This document shows positions 38,675 through 49,992 of a stretch of DNA of 64,000 bases, piece by piece. Both the position numbers and the translations under genes were made by a program. The notes under the pieces were generated by a model that was not told where the DNA came from, searched no databases, and saw only the letters and a list, made by a program, of their open reading frames with translations. Position 1 is the stretch's first letter; every line of letters begins with the position of its first letter. The DNA is from an uncultured delta proteobacterium (GTDB lineage: Bacteria; Desulfobacterota; RBG-13-43-22), in NCBI GenBank assembly GCA_963711835.1, contig CAVQFQ010000013.1, forward strand, positions 21,629-85,628, written 5' to 3'.

Positions 38675-40177
38675 ATGAAAAAAGCGGCCGTCGGACTCTT
38701 TCTAATTTCCATCTTGATCGGGGTTTCCGTTTTTGCCAATTCCTCCAAAAAACCGGATCTTATCAGCGAAGATACCAAGGCCTGCCTGGAATGCCATGTC
38801 ACGGCCACCCCGGGGATCACCCTGGACTGGAAGAAGAGTCTCCATTCTCAGGTCCTTCCCAGGGAAGGAATAAAAAAAGGCCGGCTCGAAAGAAAAGTCT
38901 CCAGTGAGAAGGTCCCCGAGAAATACGCCTCTTCCGTGGTAGGTTGTGCGGAATGCCATACTCAGAACGCCGACCGGCATAAGGATTCCTTTGAGCATAA
39001 TGGGTTTAGGGTTTATGTGGTCGTTACCCCGAACGATTGTTCCACCTGTCATGCCCTGGAGGCCAAACAATACAGTCAAAATATTATGTCCCGGGCTTAC
39101 GGCAATCTGGCTCACAACCCGGTTTATCGGGGATTGGCTGATTTAGTCAATGGCCCCAAGACCTATAAAGACGGGAAGATCACCCACAGCCCCCCGGATT
39201 TGGAAACCAGCTATGATTCCTGCTACCACTGCCACGGAACGATTGTAACGGTTAAAGGTCTAAAAAAGAAAGAGACCCCCCAGGGAGAAATGGAATTTCC
39301 CGTTTTAAGCGGCTGGCCCAATCAGGGTGTGGGAAGGGTCAATCCGGATAGCTCCCTGGGCTCCTGCACGGCTTGCCATACCCGCCATGCCTTTTCCATC
39401 GAGATGGCTCGAAAGCCCTATACCTGTTCGCAGTGCCACACAGGACCGGATGTCCCGGCCTACAAAGTTTATTCGGTCAGCAAACACGGCAATATCTTCT
39501 CCTCCCTGGGAAAGGATTGGAATTTTAAAGGAGTCCCCTGGAAGATCGGGAAAGACCTTACCGGCCCCACCTGCGCCACCTGCCATGTCAGCCTGACGAC
39601 AGACCCTGAAGGCCAGGTAGTGGCCGAAAGGACCCACCAGATGAATGACCGCCTGCCCTGGAGGCTTTTTGGTTTGATCTATGCCCATGCCCATCCTAAG
39701 TCGCCCGATACCTCGATAATAAAAAATAAAGCCGGCTTGCCCCTGCCTACGGAACTGACCGGGGAATCAGCCGCTTCCTTTCTGATTGACGCCAAGGAGC
39801 AGGGTAGGAGACGGCAAACCATGACCAAGGTCTGTCTCTCCTGCCACAGCCAGGGCTGGGTCGAAGGACACTTCCGTCGTCTGGAGAATACCATCAAGAC
39901 CACCAACCAGTTGACCTTAACCGCCACCCGGATCATGATTTCGGCCTGGGACCAGGGTTTGGCCAAAGGGTTGGCGCAAAAGGACAGCCTTTTCAATGAA
40001 GCCCTGGAAAGAAAATGGGCCGAACAATGGCTCTTTTATGCCAATTCCACCCGCTACGCCTCGGCCATGATGGGGGCCGACTACGGGGCCTTTGCCGACG
40101 GCCGGTGGTACCTCAGCAAGACCATCCAGGAGCTGGCTGAAATGGTTGAAACCAAAAGCAGTCAAAAAAGGCGATGA
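38675..40177 (+). CDS. Octaheme cytochrome c, hydroxylamine oxidoreductase-like
   Basis: Signal peptide and eight CxxCH motifs (CLECH, CAECH, CSTCH, CYHCH, CTACH, CSQCH, CATCH, CLSCH); C.ACHTRH.FS..ARKP. Confidence 0.88.
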   Translation: MKKAAVGLFLISILIGVSVFANSSKKPDLISEDTKACLECHVTATPGITLDWKKSLHSQVLPREGIKKGRLERKVSSEKVPEKYASSVVGCAECHTQNADRHKDSFEHNGFRVYVVVTPNDCSTCHALEAKQYSQNIMSRAYGNLAHNPVYRGLADLVNGPKTYKDGKITHSPPDLETSYDSCYHCHGTIVTVKGLKKKETPQGEMEFPVLSGWPNQGVGRVNPDSSLGSCTACHTRHAFSIEMARKPYTCSQCHTGPDVPAYKVYSVSKHGNIFSSLGKDWNFKGVPWKIGKDLTGPTCATCHVSLTTDPEGQVVAERTHQMNDRLPWRLFGLIYAHAHPKSPDTSIIKNKAGLPLPTELTGESAASFLIDAKEQGRRRQTMTKVCLSCHSQGWVEGHFRRLENTIKTTNQLTLTATRIMISAWDQGLAKGLAQKDSLFNEALERKWAEQWLFYANSTRYASAMMGADYGAFADGRWYLSKTIQELAEMVETKSSQKRR

Positions 40178-40191
40178 GAAAGGACCGAGAA

Positions 40192-40353
40192 ATGAAAAAG
40201 TATGTTTGTGATGTCTGCGGTTATGTATATGACCCGGCGGAAGGCGACCCGGACAATGGGATCGCCCCGGGTACGGCCTTTGAAGATCTTCCCGATGACT
40301 GGCTGTGCCCGTTGTGCGGGGTAGGGAAGGATCAGTTTAGTCCCGAAGAATAA
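40192..40353 (+). CDS. Rubredoxin (not in ORF track)
   Basis: [53 protein letters not shown]. Confidence 0.97.
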   Translation: MKKYVCDVCGYVYDPAEGDPDNGIAPGTAFEDLPDDWLCPLCGVGKDQFSPEE

Positions 40354-40468
40354 AAAACCCGATAACGGATGCCGGAGACCCGAGGCCCGATTAATACAAA
40401 CCCTTTTGAGATCAATTGTTATTTGGATTAAATCAGGTATTCGGCATCGGGCATCACAGGAGGTGCAA

Positions 40469-41041
40469 ATGAAAAAACAGATCTTTTTTTTGTTGGTGTT
40501 CATAACTATTCTGGGAATCGCCTCTCCCATCCCGGCGGCCGGTACCCCGCCTGCCAAAGGCGATCCTATGCCGGCCCTGACCTTGCCGGTTCCCAAAAGT
40601 CCTGATGAAAAAGCCTACCTGGGACTCACCGGGGACGGGACCTTCAAGCTTTCCCAAATCAAGGCCCAGGTGGTCATTATTGAGATTTTCAGTATGTACT
40701 GTCCCTTTTGTCAGGTGGAGGCTCCCACCGTCAATGAGTTATACCGGCTTATCGAGGAGAACCCGGAGCTGAAAGGCAAAATCAAGCTGCTCGGCTTAGG
40801 CGCCGGCAATTCCATTTTCGAGGTAAATATCTTCAAAAATAAATACCAGATCCCCTTCCCCCTCCTTCCGGACCAGGATTTTACATTTCATAATGCCTTA
40901 GGGGAAGTCAGGACCCCTTACTTTATCGCCCTGAAATTTAAAAAGGACCGGAGCCCTCAGGTCATTTTTTCGGAACTGGGATCCATACATGGAGCCAGGC
41001 CCTTTCTGGAAAAGATAATCTCCCTGGCGGAATTGAAATAG
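40469..41041 (+). CDS. Exported TlpA/redoxin-family protein
   Basis: Signal peptide; MYCPFC and TP motifs. Confidence 0.85.
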   Translation: MKKQIFFLLVFITILGIASPIPAAGTPPAKGDPMPALTLPVPKSPDEKAYLGLTGDGTFKLSQIKAQVVIIEIFSMYCPFCQVEAPTVNELYRLIEENPELKGKIKLLGLGAGNSIFEVNIFKNKYQIPFPLLPDQDFTFHNALGEVRTPYFIALKFKKDRSPQVIFSELGSIHGARPFLEKIISLAELK

Positions 41042-41052
41042 GAGGTAGTCCC

Positions 41053-41658
41053 ATGAAAAAAAATCGAACCAAGACCTTGTTTATTATCCTGCTGGTCTCG
41101 GGTCTGGCCTGCCCCTCCTGGGCGCAAACCCTTTCCGAGGCCTACAAAGGCAATATTTATAATGTCGGGCACCTAAAGCCCATTGACAGCCGACTAAAAG
41201 TCAAGGTGGGAGATCCGGCCCCGGATTTCAGCCTTCCGGCCGTTTCAGGGGGGAAAATTACCTTGAGTCAGTACCGGGGAAAGAAAAATGTGGTCCTCTC
41301 TTTTGTACCGGCGGCCTGGACCCCGGTCTGTTCCGATCAATGGCCCGGCTATAATATCGTTCAGGGTCTTTTTGAACAAAAAGAGGCCATCCTGCTGGGC
41401 ATCACCGTAGATAACATTCCTACCCTCTTTGCCTGGACCAACCAGATGGGCAAACTCTGGTTTCCGGTCCTTTCGGATTTCTGGCCCCACGGGGCCGTAG
41501 CCGATCGTTATGGGATCTTGCGCACCGACGGGACTTCCGAGAGGGCCGTTTTTCTGATCGATAAAAAGGGGCTGATCCGCTATATCAACGTCAACGACAT
41601 CAACAAACGTCCCCGCCTCGAAGACCTGGCGGCCGAATTGGAAAAGCTGGATAAATAG
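41053..41658 (+). CDS. Exported peroxiredoxin (AhpE-like)
   Basis: FVPAAWTPVCS, LSDFWPHG and SERA motifs. Confidence 0.88.
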   Translation: MKKNRTKTLFIILLVSGLACPSWAQTLSEAYKGNIYNVGHLKPIDSRLKVKVGDPAPDFSLPAVSGGKITLSQYRGKKNVVLSFVPAAWTPVCSDQWPGYNIVQGLFEQKEAILLGITVDNIPTLFAWTNQMGKLWFPVLSDFWPHGAVADRYGILRTDGTSERAVFLIDKKGLIRYINVNDINKRPRLEDLAAELEKLDK

Positions 41659-41671
41659 TCAAAGCCGGATT

Positions 41672-42394
41672 ATGAATTTTATCAGCGCCATCAGGACCTT
41701 GCTGGCCCGGGAAGATTACCAGGCCCTGGCCTTGATGGCCCGGGAGCACGGGGGAAGGACAGCCGCCGGGTTGATCGGCCTGGTCACGGATCTGGATGAG
41801 ACCATCAAGTGGCGAGCCGTTTCGGCCTTAGGCCGGACCGTGGCCGGTTTATATTCCCAGGACCCGGAACGGGCCAGAAAGGTTCTCAGGCAACTTCTCT
41901 GGAATCTTAACGAAGAATCAGGAGGCATCGGTTGGGGTATGCCGGAGGCCTTCGGAGAAATTATTGCCCTTACGCCTCCCCTGAGAAGGGAATACGGTTA
42001 TTTGCTGGTGGCTTATCTCTCCGAAAAATGCTGCTTCCTTGAAAACGACCAATTGCTCCTGGGGGTGGTTTGGGCCTTGGGCCGCATCGGGGATCTGGAA
42101 CCGGATTTAAAACAACAAGCCCTTCCCTTCCTTTTGGAGGCCCTTAACCATACCAACCCAACCATGCAGGGCACGGCCGCCTGGACCCTGGGACAGCTTA
42201 AGGCCGGGGAGGCCTTTCCCTTTCTAAAAGCCTTGCGCACCGGACCGGGGATGATTAAAATATTTGAACAAGGCTTATTAAAAGAAAAACCCATTCAAGA
42301 ATGGATAACGGAAGCTATCGAAAAAATAGGACCAGGAGGTGAGAGTGATGAACGAGAACGACTGGAAATGCAGCAAATGCGGCTACACCCTTAA
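41672..42394 (+). CDS. HEAT-repeat protein (DVU0298-like)
   Basis: [22 protein letters not shown] motif. Confidence 0.78.
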   Translation: MNFISAIRTLLAREDYQALALMAREHGGRTAAGLIGLVTDLDETIKWRAVSALGRTVAGLYSQDPERARKVLRQLLWNLNEESGGIGWGMPEAFGEIIALTPPLRREYGYLLVAYLSEKCCFLENDQLLLGVVWALGRIGDLEPDLKQQALPFLLEALNHTNPTMQGTAAWTLGQLKAGEAFPFLKALRTGPGMIKIFEQGLLKEKPIQEWITEAIEKIGPGGESDERERLEMQQMRLHP

Positions 42395-42509
42395 GGCCCA
42401 GGCCCCCCCGGAAAAATGCCCTTCCTGCAATGAGAAATGCGAGTTCGTGAATGTAACCTGCTATATCCCGGAATGCGGATTTAGCGGATCCGATGAGCGC
42501 CTGAAATAA
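42348..42509 (+). CDS. Small rubredoxin-like protein (not in ORF track)
   Basis: RBS GGAGGT; [53 protein letters not shown]. Confidence 0.85.
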   Translation: MNENDWKCSKCGYTLKAQAPPEKCPSCNEKCEFVNVTCYIPECGFSGSDERLK

Positions 42510-42531
42510 AAAAAGAAGGGAGGAAACGCGG

Positions 42532-42720
42532 ATGTCCAAAAAAAAATATACGGTCCGGGCGGAATGCCCGGCCTGCGCTTGTGGTGATGTTAGTTTTTTA
42601 GGACCGGAAAAACTCCGGGAAAAATTCATCGGCGACGAAAAGGAGATTGAGATCCTTTGTCCCATGTGCGGAACCAAGCACAGAGGTCAGGTAGTAGCTG
42701 AAGAGGAAGCCCCGGAATGA
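42532..42720 (+). CDS. Small Cys-rich protein
   Basis: CPACACG and CPMC; RBS GGGAGG. Confidence 0.75.
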   Translation: MSKKKYTVRAECPACACGDVSFLGPEKLREKFIGDEKEIEILCPMCGTKHRGQVVAEEEAPE

Positions 42721-43304
42721 TGGTCTTGGGCATTTACGGCAGTCCCAGGAAGGCGGGCAACAGCGATCTCCTCCTGGACAAGGTCTTGAACGGAGCTCAA
42801 TCCGCCGGGGCGCGGATCGAAAAGGTTTATATCCGTGACCTGGAGGTTTCCGGCTGCCGGGAATGCGGCGGCTGTGATGAAACAGGGAAGTGCGTTATTC
42901 TGGATGCGATGGAAAAAGTGTATCCCCTGCTCTGGGAGGCCGATATTGTTTTTTTATCCTCTCCTATCTTCTTTTATGGAATACCCGCACAGGCCAAGGC
43001 TCTGGTGGACCGCTCTCAAGCCATGTGGTCTAAAAGGATGTTGGAGAAAACCCCGGAGCAGAGAAAAAGATACGACCATGGCCGGGGCTATCTCATCGCC
43101 CTGGGAGCCACCAAAGGGAAATCGCTCTTCGACGGGGTTCAGCTGACGGCCAAGTATTTTTTTGACGCGCTTGACAAGAGCTATGAGGGAGGTATTTTTA
43201 TAAGGGGGGTGGAGGGAAAAGGAAAAATTGCCGAGGATCCTTCCGCCCTTAAAGAGGCCTTTGACTTGGGAGTAAAGGCTGTTAAGGAAAGCAGCACTAA
43301 TTAA
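42717..43304 (+). CDS. Iron-sulfur flavoprotein / flavodoxin-family protein
   Basis: GSPRK.GNS, CRECGGC....C and SPIFF motifs. Confidence 0.9.
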   Translation: MMVLGIYGSPRKAGNSDLLLDKVLNGAQSAGARIEKVYIRDLEVSGCRECGGCDETGKCVILDAMEKVYPLLWEADIVFLSSPIFFYGIPAQAKALVDRSQAMWSKRMLEKTPEQRKRYDHGRGYLIALGATKGKSLFDGVQLTAKYFFDALDKSYEGGIFIRGVEGKGKIAEDPSALKEAFDLGVKAVKESSTN

Positions 43305-43375
43305 CCTTAAAATAATCACCCCCGTTTTTCCCTTTCCAACTTCTAAGGGGAAGGTGGGGGAATAGGGAGGCATTA

Positions 43376-43576
43376 ATGACCACACCCCAACATTGTCCCG
43401 GTTATCAGCAATTCAAAAATCTCAAATCGTTTAGCTGCAAATGCCCCAACTGCGGCAGAGAAACTGAAATTTTTTCGGATGAATTCAACAAAAAACACAC
43501 CTGCAAGGGCTGCCAGCAGGAAATCGATTTTACCCAGTGCACACTGGAGGCCAGTGCGGGAAGTATCACCCCTTAA
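43376..43576 (+). CDS. Small zinc-ribbon protein
   Basis: HCPG, CKCPNC, EIFSDE and CKGC; RBS GGGAGG. Confidence 0.75.
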   Translation: MTTPQHCPGYQQFKNLKSFSCKCPNCGRETEIFSDEFNKKHTCKGCQQEIDFTQCTLEASAGSITP

Positions 43577-43740
43577 TCAGGGCCTAATATAGCCCCTTTC
43601 ATATGTCCGTTCTCTAAATAAAAACGGCCTTCCTTAAGCCGCTGGGGCTGTTTTCTCCGGAGTCCCGGTCCCCCGGCGGGCTGATTTTTAGCGGGCGAGA
43701 ATGGGGAGGGGCGAAGGGGTAAGCCATCAGGACCAGGACC

Positions 43741-45802
43741 ATGTCCAACCATCTGATTAACGAGAAAAGCCCTTATCTACTCCAACACGCCGAAAATCCC
43801 GTGGACTGGTATCCCTGGGCGGAGGAGGCCTTTCAAAAGGCCCGGCAGGAAGACAAGCCCATTTTTCTCTCCATCGGTTATGCTACCTGCCACTGGTGCC
43901 ATGTCATGGCCCATGAATCCTTTGAGAACCAGGAGGTGGCCGAACTCCTCAACCAGGCCTATGTGGCCATCAAAGTGGATCGCGAGGAACGGCCCGATAT
44001 CGACCAGGTCTATATGACCGTCTGCCAGGCCCTGACCGGCCGGGGAGGCTGGCCCCTCTCGATTTTTATGACACCGGAGGGCCAACCTTTTTTCGCCGGC
44101 ACCTATTTCCCCCGGACCAGCCGCCTGGGGATGTCGGGTTTTAGCGAACTTTTGAAACAGATTGCCGCCCTCTGGGAAAAGGACCGGTCCCGGGTGCTGC
44201 AAGCCGGGCAGGAAGTCACCCGGTCGATTCAATCCCGGGTGGAAGCGGCGGGCAGCGCTGCCCTCCCGGGCTTGGATACCCTGGAAGCGGGATACGGGCA
44301 GTTACTGAAGTCTTTCGACACCCGCTTGGGTGGATTCGGTCAGGCCCCCAAATTCCCAACCCCGCACCATCTCCTTTTCCTGATCCGCTGGGACCGGCGA
44401 CATCCTGAATCCCGGGCCCGGGAGATGGTTGAAAAAACCTTGCAAGCCATGCGCACCGGCGGGCTCTTTGACCAGGTGGGACTGGGATTTCACCGCTATT
44501 CCACGGATGAGAAATGGCTGGTCCCTCATTTCGAGAAGATGCTCTACGACCAGGCCCTGCTGGCCATGGCCTATACTGGAGGCCTTTCAGTCCTGGCAGG
44601 CTCCCTTTCAGGCCCAGGTTGCCCGGGAGATCTTTACCTATGTGCTCCGGGACATGACCGCACCCGAAGGCGGTTTCTATTCGGCGGAAGATGCCGACAG
44701 TGAAGGGCAGGAAGGGTTGTTCTATGTCTGGACCCTGGAGGAAATCAAAAAAATCCTGGGAGAAGAAACCGGGGGCCTTTTCTGCCGCTGTTATGACATT
44801 CAGGAAGGGGGCAACTTTGAGGGGAAAAGCATCCCCAACCTTCCGCTTTCCTTAACCGAATGCGCCCGTCGAGAGCGAATGGAACAGGCCGATCTGGAGA
44901 GGCGATTGGAACAGGCCCGCCGGACCCTATTTGAATTCCGGGAAGGCCGTGTCCATCCCCTGAAGGATGACAAGATCCTGACCGCCTGGAACGGGCTGAT
45001 GATCGCCGCCCTGGCCAAGGGAGCCCAGGCCCTGAACGAGCCGGCCCTGGCCGAAGCAGCCGCCCGGTCGGCCCGATTTATTTTGGAACACATGCGGGAC
45101 CCCGAAGGGAGGCTTTACCGGCGCTACCGGGACGGCCATCTGGCCCAATCCGGATTTCTGGACGATTACGCTTTCCTGATCTGGGGATTGTTGGACCTCT
45201 ACGAAGCCGCCTTTGATCTTTCTTTCCTGGAGGAGGCCATTAAACTCAACCGGATCATGCTCGATCTCTTCTGGGACGATAAAGAAGGGGGCTGCTTCTT
45301 TACCCCCAAAGACGGCGAGGTCCTGATTGCCAGGGAAAAAGACATCTCAGACGGGGCTGTCCCTTCCGGAAATTCGGTCGTCTTCCTGAATCTGTTGCGC
45401 CTGGCCCGAATCACCGGAAACCCCCATTTGGAAGAAAAGGCCGGTCAAATGCCGGGCTGTTTTTCTTCCCATGTGGCCCCTCTTCCCATGGCCTATACCC
45501 AGTTCCTGTGCGCCCTGGACTTCGCCCTGGGTCCGGCTCAAGAGATCGTGGTGGCCGGGGATCTTCAGGAAGCCGCCACCCAAGAGATCATTCGAATCAT
45601 CCGGCAGGTCTTTCTGCCGAACAAAGTCCTGTTGCTGAAAACAGACGGTCCGGAAAGCCAACCTCTCTCCGCCATCGCCCCCTTTGTTGAAAGCATGCAG
45701 GCCGAAACGGGCCGGCCCAGGGTTTTTCTCTGCCGTCAATACGCCTGCCGGCAGCCGATTACCGATGTGGAAGAACTGAAGAAAACACTTGCCCTGCCCT
45801 GA
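43741..45802 (+). pseudogene. YyaL/SSP411-like thioredoxin-domain protein with a +1 frameshift near 44575
   Basis: [17 protein letters not shown] and [11 protein letters not shown] in one frame continue as [24 protein letters not shown] in another. Confidence 0.88.
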
Positions 45803-45812
45803 GGATTTTGGT

Positions 45813-46611
45813 GATGCCCGCAATGAATACCTTCGAATTCTGGAGGCTGGTCATTTTTTGGGGGGCTCTGTTCCTTTTCCTGATCCTGGAACTGCTCCTC
45901 CCCTACCGCCTCCCTTCGGTGTCCAAGTTCAAACGCTGGACTACCAACCTGGCCCTGACCCTCTTTAACAGCCTGGCCCTGCAGGTTCTGTTTACCGCCT
46001 CCATCCTGGGCATGGTCGCTTACGTCACCCGGAATAAATTGGGGATTCTTTACCTGTTGCAATGGCCTTATTGGGCCCGGGTTCCGGCCACCATCGTTTT
46101 CATGGATTTCATGCTCTACATCTGGCACCTCCTGAACCATGAAGTCCCCTTTTTCTGGCGCTTCCATCGCGTCCATCACAGCGACCTGAACATCGATGTC
46201 TCCACGGCCACCCGCTTTCATCTGGGAGAACTGGCCCAGTCAGCCATTATTCGGATCGGATTGATTTATCTCCTGGGAGCCGAACTCCTGGGAATTTTTC
46301 TCTATGATTCCCTGGTTGTCCTGGCGGCCCAGTTCCATCACAGCAGCCTCAGGGTCCCAGTCGGGTTTGAGAGGCTGTTCTGGATCTTTTTTGTGCCGCC
46401 TTCCATGCACCGCATCCACCATTCCGTGGTCATCAAGGAACGCAATGCCAATTACGGAACCATTTTCTCCCTCTGGGACCGTTTTCTCGGGACGCTGGTC
46501 CGGGATTGTGATCAGGAAAATATTCGGATCGGTATGGGGGCCTATTCAAAGATCGAGAAATTGAAACTCCTTCCCCTCCTGGTCATGCCCTTTACCCGTC
46601 CAGTTCGATAA
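45813..46611 (+). CDS. Sterol desaturase / fatty-acid hydroxylase family protein (start uncertain)
   Basis: His boxes HLLNH, HRVHH, FHH and HRIHH; WDRFLGT. Confidence 0.88.
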
Positions 46612-46776
46612 ATTTCGCACAGCCAATTGCACTTTCCCCTTCAACCATCCAAATAGACTCTCCTGAGCCATCGTCCTTTTCCTTTTTATTGTTGACTTCC
46701 ATAAAAAATTTGGACTATGGTGAACCGCTCAATAAGACTTTAGGAAGTATAGGGTGGTTTAAATATAATCTTATGA

Positions 46777-48402
46777 ATGAAGGAGGAGAAAAAAGAACCG
46801 ATGCAACGGGTCAATAAACTATTCTACATTGGGCTGGTTATAATGGTTATAGTTGGAGGCTACGCGTTTGAAGTAAAAGCTCAAGGCTTGGGATATATCC
46901 AAGGCACCGTTAGAGATACCGGAACCGGAGATCCAATTCCCGGGATTTACGTGGACGCTTTTGAGGTAAATTTTGGATACGTTTCTACTGGGTCAGTCAA
47001 TACCACAGATTCCAATGGGCAATATTCCTTAATGGTTTTTACTGATGGCATATATAAGGTTTTCTTCAGAGGACTCAGTAACAACTATGTAGGTCAATGG
47101 TGGAACAGCGCCTCTTCTTTTTCGGGAGCGAACCCCGTTACTGGTGCCGGTGGGAATACGGTTACCGATTTTGTGGGGGGGACCCCCGTTACTGTTATCA
47201 GCGGGAATACGGTTACCGATATTAACGCCACGATGACAACAACCGGGGGAGGGCAAATATCAGGGCGAGTGACCGGGCCAAATGACGCCGGAGTTCCATT
47301 CGTTTCCGTCTCTGTTTATGACTATGGTCAAAAAATTGATGGGAAGCGCGGGATTGCTAGCGCAAGTCCGGATAGTAATGGAGACTATATCATCTCTAAT
47401 CTTCCCCCTGGTACTTACAAATTATTATTTCGGGATGCCAGCAGCGTGAGTAATAATCTGAACGAGTGGTGGGATAACCATACCGGTTTTTCAACGGCTG
47501 ACCCGGTACCGGTCACCGCCGGAACCGCTACCAGCGCCAATTGCATGCTATCCGAAGGTGGGATTATCAGCGGGACCGTAAGAGACGAATCCAATAATCC
47601 GATTAATGGGGCTATCATTTCAGCCTACGACCAGAATCAAAAACAAGTTTCTTCGGCTGCAACGGATGCCGGCGGAATCTATTCTTTGAAGCGTTTGCCT
47701 TCCGGAAACTACAAGCTACTTTTCAAAGGACCCTCGGGGTCCAACCTGGCCTACCAATGGTATGGCAATCAGTCCACTTTTAACCAGGCCGATTGGGTTC
47801 CAGTGACTGCCGGCATTACCCAAGCCGATATGAACGCCCAACTTATCCCGGGTGGAACCATTACCGGCACAACCACCCCCGGATCAACCAGTGTTATAGT
47901 GTTCGATGAATACCAAAATATCGTAGCCAACGCGTTTTCAGCTACGGATGGTGCATTTTCGGTGGCGGGGATTCCTTCGGGAAGGTACAAGATTTCGTTT
48001 TCCAAATATAATTACGGAAGAACCTGGTTTAATGACCGCCGGACTTTTGAAAGCGCCGACTGGATCTGGGTAAATGCCCCAAATTCCACACCTGGTGTAA
48101 ATTGCCAATTGATCTCTTCAGCGATTATCTCCGGAAAGATAACCGATGCTACGGGAACCGGGATACCCCGGGTAAAGGTCCAGGTCTATGACGACGCCAC
48201 CTTAGAAGCATTATATGGCTCTGCCACTACAAATAGCCTGGGCAATTATTCGCTGAGCTCTGTTCCCCCTGGAAGCGGCAGGCTTTTTTTTGATTCTCGG
48301 GGGACTGGATACTTTCCGGAATGGTGGGATGATAAAAAAACAATAAGTGATGCGACACCCATCAATCTCATTTCCGGTGAAACCTATCCAGGAAGATCTT
48401 TG
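46777..48402 (+). CDS. Secreted carboxypeptidase-regulatory-like repeat protein, truncated and in frame with the downstream rhodanese gene
   Basis: Signal peptide; repeated ISG.V....G.YKL.F..W.....A..V.V modules; no stop before 48403. Confidence 0.7.
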
Positions 48403-49251
48403 ATGCGCTGGAAACAACTTTTTACACCGACCGCTTCCCTGGAACCCGATGAGGCCAAATCCTTTATCGCCGCACATGCGGAGGGCTCCTATACCCTGTT
48501 GGACGTCCGGCAACCCGGTGAATACGAAAAAGAACACCTGCCCGGGGCCATTCTGATCCCGCTTCCGGATTTGGCGGACGCCTTCTCCCGGCTGGATCCC
48601 TCGAAGCCCATCATAATCTACTGAGCCGTGGGAGGCCGGAGCCGCGTGGCGGCTCAATTCCTTTCCGGACAAGGCTTCCAGGAAGTCTATAACCTCAAAG
48701 GCGGCATCCAGGCCTGGCAGGGTCTGAAAGCCAAGGGACCGGTTGAATTGAATCTGGATCTGATCCGGGGTGATGAAAGTCAGGAAGAGATGGTTGTCAT
48801 TGCTTACGGATTGGAGAAAACCCTAAAGGAATTCTACCAGGATTCAGCCCGGGAAGAGCTGGAAGAGGCCCTGCTGAACCTCTTCCGAACCTTGGCCGCT
48901 GCCGAGGGAAAACATCAGCGCCTGTTAATGGACCTGTTACCAGGGTTGGCAAGCCGGTCCGAGGCTGAGCCAAAGGAAGAAAGACCCGCCTCCCTTATGG
49001 AAGGGGGGTTCAGGAGCGAGGAGTTCCGCAGGGAAAACCGGTCCTTTCTTTCGACCCCTTCCGGGGTCCTGGATCTGGCGATGATGATTGAAACTCAGGC
49101 CCTCGATCTCTATCTGCGCTTCGCTCAAAAAAGTGACGCAGAAGCTGTCAGGGCCGTTCTTTACCGGTTAGCTGATGAAGAAAAGGCCCACTTAAAGACC
49201 TTGGGCCACTACCGGGATCAATGGCAGAAAACTGCCCCAGAGACCCCATAG
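48403..49251 (+). CDS. Selenocysteine rhodanese-ferritin-like fusion protein (Sec at 48622)
   Basis: DVRQ..EY...HLPGA..IIIY-UGA-AVGGRS puts the UGA at the rhodanese catalytic Cys position. Hairpin GAGCCGC-GTG-GCGGCTC at 48639-48655. C-terminal E..H helical pairs. Confidence 0.88.
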
Positions 49252-49261
49252 GAGAGAAACG

Positions 49262-49487
49262 ATGACTTCTTTCGAATACCAAATCACTGTCCATCCAGCC
49301 GAATCCTTTCTCCAACTGGTCTATTTTTGCTCGGAGCAGGGAGAATGCACATGTGGACCAGGTCCCCCGGGACCAGATCGGCCTATTAACCGACCTGTTG
49401 AACCGTAAAGGTCGGGAAGGCTGGGAACTGGTCCAGATCTCCTTCGGCCGGGACGGCCTCATGGCCTTCTGGAAAAAACCGGTCTAA
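49262..49487 (+). pseudogene. DUF4177-like small protein with a +1 frameshift
   Basis: MTSFEYQITVHPAESFLQLVYFCSEQGECT, then shifted DQVPRDQ..LNRKGREGWELVQISFG..FWKKPV*. Span is 226 nt. Confidence 0.65.
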
Positions 49488-49532
49488 CAACAGTCCCCAA
49501 AAAAATTATTTCCACCCATCCAATCAAAACTT

Positions 49533-49885
49533 AGGGATAGTCCCAAAGTTACGTGATTCTCAAACCGAAGGGCTTCAGGGGTCTTGATTCCAAGGATTGT
49601 CCGCCAAAACGCCGGCAGCCTGCCCCCGGGCAGGAAGTTTATAATGGTGTTTAGAAACAGGCCAACACCAAAGTCCCGCGTTCCGCGGGATGAATGCCCG
49701 GCTCCTAACCAACCGAGAAATTCGGGCCGGGTTCTTCGCATCCAAAGCAATGCTCAGTCCCACTCCTGCGGAGTGGATCCCAGTTTGGGGCTATGGATAC
49801 CCTTTCGGACAACCTTGAAATCAAGACCCCTGAAGCCCTCGAAGAATGGATGGCTTAAAAATCACGTAATTTTGGGACGAACTCA
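49533..49885. mobile_element. MITE-like repeat, copy D (353 bp)
   Basis: Perfect 6-bp duplication AAACTT; terminal and internal IRs present. Confidence 0.9.
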
Positions 49886-49992
49886 AAACTTGACTTTTTT
49901 TAATAAATGTATTAATAAGTGTTTATATATTGATATTGTTAAATCACCCCTTTATCAAATCAAGTTTTGTAAAAAGTCTGACTCATAACCTG

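Noticed and set aside
40469-41658. Selenocysteine in the TlpA and peroxiredoxin genes
   Set aside because: Both have ordinary Cys codons at the active sites and uninterrupted frames.
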